Of a stretch of 64,000 nt of DNA, positions 59,428 to 64,000 are shown in pieces (positions within the stretch are counted from its first letter, which is position 1; each line of letters starts with the position of its first letter). The position numbers and the translations under genes were made by a program. Under the pieces are notes generated by a model, which was not told the origin of the DNA, did not search any database, and saw only the letters and a list, made by a program, of their open reading frames with translations. Origin of the DNA: Microgenomates group bacterium GW2011_GWC1_46_15 (GTDB lineage: Bacteria; Patescibacteriota; Microgenomatia; UBA1400; UBA12028). The DNA is taken from contig LCLX01000001.1 in assembly GCA_001002285.1 (NCBI GenBank), positions 128,030 to 192,029 of the forward strand, read 5' to 3'.

Positions 59428-60204
59428 TTACGACCCAATCCCTGAGTATTTTTTTATTGAATAATGAAAGAACGCGCGGGTTGCTCCAAATAAAACGATA
59501 AAAAATGTGAGAAGTGCGACAAGTTCTTGCCACCGGAATTGATGAAGAAGAAGGCGCGTTGGTGTTGTTGTAATAAGCGCGAGCGGAATAATAATGGTAA
59601 GCATAGCGCCAACGAAGCCGGAGTAAATATCGGAAGGCATGGACCAAATTCTGCGGAGTGTTGGGACAATTTCAATAATATTATCGAGTTTTTCAACCCA
59701 AAATGTAAATGTTGCGGTAAAAAACCAAAGTGTATAAATAACGCCCATGGAGAGGAAGATTAACGCGATGTACATCAATACTTGGCTTAACGTCACTGTT
59801 GGAAGATTGAGTGCAAGCAAGATAATACCGATAATGAGTCGAGGAACATTTGTAAAACTAATGTGCCGCACTGAAAGCCGAAACTGAGCATCAATGGGTT
59901 GGAGGAGGAGGAAATCAAGTGTGCCGTTAAAAATGGATTCAGTATAGTTTTGTATGTTGCGCCAAAAAATTGACCATGTTGCCGCATCAATAATCATGTA
60001 CGTCCCAGCAAACACGAGCATTTGCTGCTTATTCCATCCCGCAATATTTGAAGTTTGTAAAAACAAGATTTGATAAAACAAAAGAGAAAAGATTGTCCAG
60101 CCAGTTGAAACGAGTGACCACAAAAAGAAGTCCGCGCGGTACTCAAACAATCGCTGGAGTGATATTTTTGCGAAGTGAAGCCAGATGGAAAAATATTTTT
60201 TCAT
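59428..60204 (-). CDS. ABC-2 family transporter permease (paralogue 2)
   Basis: Start at MKKYFSIWLHFAKISLQRLFEYRADFF (the track ORF begins 87 nt earlier and overlaps the upstream gene). 6 TM; LDFLLLQPIDAQF motif. Confidence 0.6.
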   Translation of the reverse strand: MKKYFSIWLHFAKISLQRLFEYRADFFLWSLVSTGWTIFSLLFYQILFLQTSNIAGWNKQQMLVFAGTYMIIDAATWSIFWRNIQNYTESIFNGTLDFLLLQPIDAQFRLSVRHISFTNVPRLIIGIILLALNLPTVTLSQVLMYIALIFLSMGVIYTLWFFTATFTFWVEKLDNIIEIVPTLRRIWSMPSDIYSGFVGAMLTIIIPLALITTTPTRLLLHQFRWQELVALLTFFIVLFGATRAFFHYSIKKYSGIGS

Positions 60205-60208
60205 TTTT

Positions 60209-61051
60209 TTACCCGCCTGCCGATGTGTATTTATACTGTGCGTGTTTCCACATAAACCGGATGATAAAAACGCACACGACAACGTATACAAAAAAGAGAC
60301 CCAACTCCCGTAGATCCGAGTGCAACACAGAATTTCTGGCCAACAATTGCGCCGGTGTTGAAAGCGCTAGTTTAAACGGTAAAAACGCGGCAATTTTTTG
60401 AATCCATTGTGGATAAAAAGTAAGTGGAGCAAGTGTTCCTCCAAAAATGCCCGTTACCATCCATTTGAAATGGCCGATGCTGCTTGCCTCGTCCATCCAG
60501 AATGCTGCAAACACCACAAAAAAACTCAGAATAGAGTCAAAAATAAATGCGAGAAGAAGGAATGCTAAAAAGACAAACAGTTTAGAAAAAGTAAACGTGA
60601 ACCCTGTGATAAGTCCCGCGTGAATGAGTCCAAACATCAATGCGAGAAATGGGAGAAGAAATGTGACGAACGTCATGAGTTTTGATCCAAGTGCTTGGAC
60701 AATAATGTACGTAGGGAGAGATATTGGTTTTACAAAATAGTAATCAATTTTTCCATACCGCACATTTTCAACCCAGCGTTCTTCAAAATGCACCTCGGCA
60801 AGGTTAATAATAATGAGAACAGCAAGATAATAGATAATAAGTTGTGAAAGCGATTGTCCACCGACCGTTGTTTTTCCATGAAACACCGCGAGCCATGATG
60901 CGATTAAAATAAATGTCGGGAAAATGTCAAGAATGATCCATAAAAAAGTTTCCGCTCGGAATGCCAAGCCCTGAATGAGGCCGATGCGGAATACCGCTAA
61001 CCATTTTTTTATCCTACGTTTTACCAATAATACTTTTCTCGAGATCCACAT
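60209..61051 (-). CDS. ABC-2 family transporter permease (paralogue 1)
   Basis: 280 aa; ...FRAETFLWIILDIF..., IDYYFVKPISLPTY motif, 6 TM. Confidence 0.6.
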   Translation of the reverse strand: MWISRKVLLVKRRIKKWLAVFRIGLIQGLAFRAETFLWIILDIFPTFILIASWLAVFHGKTTVGGQSLSQLIIYYLAVLIIINLAEVHFEERWVENVRYGKIDYYFVKPISLPTYIIVQALGSKLMTFVTFLLPFLALMFGLIHAGLITGFTFTFSKLFVFLAFLLLAFIFDSILSFFVVFAAFWMDEASSIGHFKWMVTGIFGGTLAPLTFYPQWIQKIAAFLPFKLALSTPAQLLARNSVLHSDLRELGLFFVYVVVCVFIIRFMWKHAQYKYTSAGG

Positions 61052-61059
61052 ACCGGCAT

Positions 61060-61095
61060 TAAAACATAAAAAGCCCCGGTTTCCCAGGGCTTTAT
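61060..61095 (-). terminator. Intrinsic terminator after hup (structure also works on the + strand)
   Basis: Minus-strand RNA: agccctgg-gaaa-ccggggct followed by ttttatgtttt. + strand: agccccgg-tttc-ccagggct followed by ttatgttttt. Confidence 0.5.
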
Positions 61096-61120
61096 GTTTT
61101 TAAGATCGCATTAAACGCAC

Positions 61121-61396
61121 TTACCACACATTCTTTTTTAGCGGTTTTCCAACGCGGAAGTTCACCACACGATGACCTTTAATGGTCTGGCGATTTTCTT
61201 CTTTGCCGAATGGAACAACCTGTTTATCTTTCACTTTACCAAGATAAAACGTGCCAAATCCCGAGAGGACAACTTTGTCTCCCTTTTTAAGCGTGCGGAT
61301 TACCTCATCGAGGAAACCTTCAACAGCATCGTTTGCACCTTTTTTTGTAAGGTGTGCCTTTTTTGCGACAACATCAATCAAATCTGATTTTGTCAT
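61121..61396 (-). CDS. hup: DNA-binding protein HU
   Basis: 91 aa; MTKSDLIDVVAKKAHLTKK...GFGTFYLGKVKDKQVVPFGKEEN...R.NPRTGE-like arm. Confidence 0.88.
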   Translation of the reverse strand: MTKSDLIDVVAKKAHLTKKGANDAVEGFLDEVIRTLKKGDKVVLSGFGTFYLGKVKDKQVVPFGKEENRQTIKGHRVVNFRVGKPLKKNVW

Positions 61397-61487
61397 GACT
61401 CTCCTTTCATTTCTTTATATTTCTACAATACACAATATGCACGAATAAATCAAGCTATTGCCCAAAAGGGAACACGATGAGTTCGCG

Positions 61488-63098
61488 CTACTTTGCGACA
61501 TCTGATGCCCGGATCTCGCGGACAACGGTCACCGTGACCGTTCCAGGATACGTCATCTCTTTTTCTACGCGTTCTTTTATTGTGTGAGAAAGAACAGTGG
61601 TGTCATCATCATTTGATTTTTCAGGATTAAGAATGACGCGCACTTCTCTTCCTGCCTGAATTGCGTATGCCTCTTTGACTTGAGCATAACTTTTCGCAAT
61701 GTCTTCAAGTTTTGTAAGACGTTTCACGTATTCTTCATAGTTTTCGTACCGCGCCCCAGGACGTGCTCCTGAAATAGCGTCTGCGATGTACACCAATATA
61801 GACTCTTTCGAGGTGAAATGCACATCTTCGTGGTGTTGTTCTACGCAGTCAATAATGACTTGCGGAATGTTGTATTTCTTGAGTAGATTTACACCAATCT
61901 CAACGTGGCTACCCTCTTCCCCCTCAACAACTTTTCCAATATCGTGCAACAAACATCCAAGCTTCACGGTCTCCACGTTCGCGCCAACTTCTTTTGCGAG
62001 CGCCGCGCCAATTTTTGTTTCTTCTAATGTGTGCGCAATGAGATTTTGCCCGTACGAGAATCGGTACTTAAACCGTCCAAGCACTTGAATGAGATCGGAT
62101 GGCAAGTTGTACACGCCGACTGCGTAACACAACCGCTTTCCTTCCTCGAACATGATTTTCTTGAGTTCCGTGGTTACTTTTTGCACGGTTTCTTCGATGC
62201 GGGTTGGCTGGATGCGTCCGTCTTTGATGAGTTGCTCAAGTGTAATGCGCGCAATTTCACGGCGGACGGGATCAAATGAGGACAGCCGTACTTGACCGGG
62301 CTGGTCGTCGAGATCAATGTCCACGCCGGTTGCCTGCTCGAAGGCGCGGATGTTGCGTCCGTCTTTTCCAATAATGCGGCCCTTGACTTCCTCGTCTGGA
62401 AGTTTGACGACAGAAACGGTGTACTCGGTTACATACTCGGTCGCGCCGTGGCGCATCGCGTCCACAAGAATCTCTTTTGCTTTTTCATCAGCCTCTTCCT
62501 TGGCGACATTTTCTCTGGTTTGGATGAGCGTTGCCATTTCCTTGTCGAGTTTTTTCTCGAGATTTTCTAAAATTTGCTGTTTTGCCTGTTCACGAGATAG
62601 TCCAGCGGCCTGCTCAAGTTTTTTAACAAGCGATTGTTTTAACTCTTCAAGCCCTTTCTCTTGTTTTTCAAGTTCTCCACGATGTTTCTGCAGTTCTTCA
62701 TCTCTGGAGTCCAACGCTTTCAAACGCTGATCAAGACTGGAAAGTTTTTGGTCAATAGATCTCTCTTTTTCTGAAATTTCCTGGCGGAGTTGGCGGACTT
62801 CACCTTCCGCTTTTTCGCGGAGCCGAAGTGCCTCGTCTTTTGCCTCAACAATGATTTCGCGTGCACGCGCCTGAGATTCTCGGAGTGAGGTGTCGTCGCG
62901 CTGAGGTGCTGATGGGGTTGGTGACAGTGGACGCGCCCCACTTGAGGGATGCCCCAGCTTAATTGGTTCAACAGGAACGTGTTTGAGCGTGCGCTGGTCT
63001 CTAAGCTTCTGCGGCGGTTTTACTGGCCCATGTTTTGCCGATTTTTGCTGTTGGTTAGGTCCAACAAAAATGCTCGATAATGTGCTAAAAAGTGACAT
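61488..63098 (-). CDS. rny: Ribonuclease Y
   Basis: 536 aa; coiled-coil region, KH domain (VVKLPDEEVKGRIIGKDGRNIRAFEQATGVDI), HD domain (LLHDIGK...HH...D). Confidence 0.85.
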   Translation of the reverse strand: MSLFSTLSSIFVGPNQQQKSAKHGPVKPPQKLRDQRTLKHVPVEPIKLGHPSSGARPLSPTPSAPQRDDTSLRESQARAREIIVEAKDEALRLREKAEGEVRQLRQEISEKERSIDQKLSSLDQRLKALDSRDEELQKHRGELEKQEKGLEELKQSLVKKLEQAAGLSREQAKQQILENLEKKLDKEMATLIQTRENVAKEEADEKAKEILVDAMRHGATEYVTEYTVSVVKLPDEEVKGRIIGKDGRNIRAFEQATGVDIDLDDQPGQVRLSSFDPVRREIARITLEQLIKDGRIQPTRIEETVQKVTTELKKIMFEEGKRLCYAVGVYNLPSDLIQVLGRFKYRFSYGQNLIAHTLEETKIGAALAKEVGANVETVKLGCLLHDIGKVVEGEEGSHVEIGVNLLKKYNIPQVIIDCVEQHHEDVHFTSKESILVYIADAISGARPGARYENYEEYVKRLTKLEDIAKSYAQVKEAYAIQAGREVRVILNPEKSNDDDTTVLSHTIKERVEKEMTYPGTVTVTVVREIRASDVAK

Positions 63099-63260
63099 AG
63101 TACTCCTTGTCTGTAGATAAACATACGCATCCTTACTTTTTTGCTTTTATCGCGTGGGAGAATACGCCAAAATACTTGGCGGACTAGTCTTTTTTAAGAA
63201 TGAGTGAAAAAAGACGGTTTGTGTATAACATATACTCTCGTATGCGTATAAAGCACCGCA

Positions 63261-63289
63261 ATTGTACCGCGGTTTCACCGAATCGTCAA
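63261..63289 (-). promoter_or_regulatory. Sigma70-like promoter TTGACG-17-TACAAT on the minus strand, driving rny
   Basis: The reverse complement of 63261-63289 reads ttgacg-attcggtgaaaccgcgg-tacaat. Lies just downstream of the recA stop, ~155 nt upstream of the rny ATG. Confidence 0.5.
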
Positions 63290-63291
63290 TT

Positions 63292-64000
63292 TTAGCTTTC
63301 TACCTCAACCATGTCGCGTGGAACACTTTTTCCGCCTTTAATTTTTGCCCGGATCAATCCCTCAATCTCGTTCATAAGCTTGGGACTTTTCTCAAGTTCT
63401 ATCTTGAGTGCGTCGCGGCCTTGTGCTAACACATTCCCCTTGTACTTGAAGAAACTCCCCGCTTTCTCCAAAATGTTCATTTCCGCGGCGACATCAACAA
63501 TACTGCCGGACTTTGAGATACCACTGGAGTTCATGATGTCAAACTCGGCTGTTCTAAACGGGGGCGCAACCTTGTTTTTCACAATCTTTGCCCGATGCCG
63601 GCTTCCGATCACCACATCGCCGTCGGTGATGTTGCCGATCTTCCGCATATCGATACGGATTGAGGTGTAAAACTTGAGCGCCTGTCCGCCGGATGTCGTT
63701 TCTGGATTTCCAAACATCACGCCGATCTTCATGCGGAGCTGGTTTGTGAAGATCAACAGTGTTTTTGATTTATTGATGGCGGCTGTAAGTTTGCGCATGG
63801 CCTGCGACATTAATCTTGCCTGCATACCCATCGAGGCATCACCCATCTCACCCTCAATTTCTGCTTTTGGCACGAGCGCGGCAACCGAGTCCACAACAAT
63901 CACGTCTAAACCGCCGGAACGAATCAACGTTTCCGTAATTTCTAATGCCTGTTCTCCGGTATCGGGCTGTGAAATGAGTAAGTCATCAAGTTTTACGCCA
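63292..64000 (-). CDS. recA: Recombinase RecA (3' part; gene continues past the window end)
   Basis: Reverse-complement translation continues through 63927-64000 (...[42 protein letters not shown]...), so the M at 63927 is internal. Conserved RecA L2 and C-terminal regions. Confidence 0.9.
   Translation of the reverse strand, partial: GVKLDDLLISQPDTGEQALEITETLIRSGGLDVIVVDSVAALVPKAEIEGEMGDASMGMQARLMSQAMRKLTAAINKSKTLLIFTNQLRMKIGVMFGNPETTSGGQALKFYTSIRIDMRKIGNITDGDVVIGSRHRAKIVKNKVAPPFRTAEFDIMNSSGISKSGSIVDVAAEMNILEKAGSFFKYKGNVLAQGRDALKIELEKSPKLMNEIEGLIRAKIKGGKSVPRDMVEVES

Noticed and set aside
1-64000. CRISPR arrays, IS elements/transposases, integrases, prophage genes, rRNA genes
   Set aside because: I scanned for regularly spaced direct repeats, inverted terminal repeats, and transposase, integrase or capsid motifs and found none. 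The only tandem repeats are the 11-nt operator-like repeat at 20376-20397 and coding low-complexity repeats.

Overview
This 64 kb window looks like a small-genome bacterium, probably a Candidate Phyla Radiation (CPR)/Patescibacteria-type organism. That placement is inference from ~45% GC (by eye), the absence of L30 between rpsE and rplO, type IV pili next to an LPxTG/sortase system, a reduced RNase P RNA, and many short inserted ORFs.

Layout from start to end:
- **1-1023 (-):** partial polytopic membrane protein, 3' end beyond the window start.
- **1147-8431 (+):** type IV pilus cluster: pilB, pilC, four pilin-like genes (one a 636-aa pilin with LVIVD-like repeats), a tail-anchored unknown, then pilA with promoter and terminator.
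- **8843-9010 (-):** tRNA-Ser(CGA) and tRNA-Arg (anticodon read as GCG).
- **9695-9782 (+):** candidate small RNA with two GNRA-loop hairpins.
- **9787-14411 (-):** operon of response regulator, intramembrane histidine kinase, a 627-aa squalene-hopene-cyclase-like protein (DxDDTA motif), and an NYN-domain protein.
- **14534-20352 (+):** small Zn-ribbon ORF, mltG, a PT-rich lipoprotein, a DUF11 LPxTG surface protein with a Cys-rich module, and a sortase.
- **20395-21054 (+):** ribbon-helix-helix protein with a tandem 11-nt repeat in its promoter, plus a 125-aa unknown.
- **21369-50802 (+):** one continuous ~29 kb block of rpoB-rpoC, rpsL-rpsG-fusA-tuf, S10-spc-alpha, rplQ, rplM-rpsI. It carries predicted promoters and attenuator-like hairpins, three small unknown ORFs inserted in the str region, and low-complexity K/E/A extensions on several r-proteins.
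- **50825-64000 (mostly -):** comM/yifB, a TM-helix membrane protein, rnpB (~311 nt, + strand), an AI-2E transporter, miaA, a miaB-like radical-SAM methylthiotransferase, an ABC system with one ATPase flanked by four ABC-2 permease paralogues, hup, rny and the 3' part of recA.

No CRISPR, IS elements or rRNA were seen.
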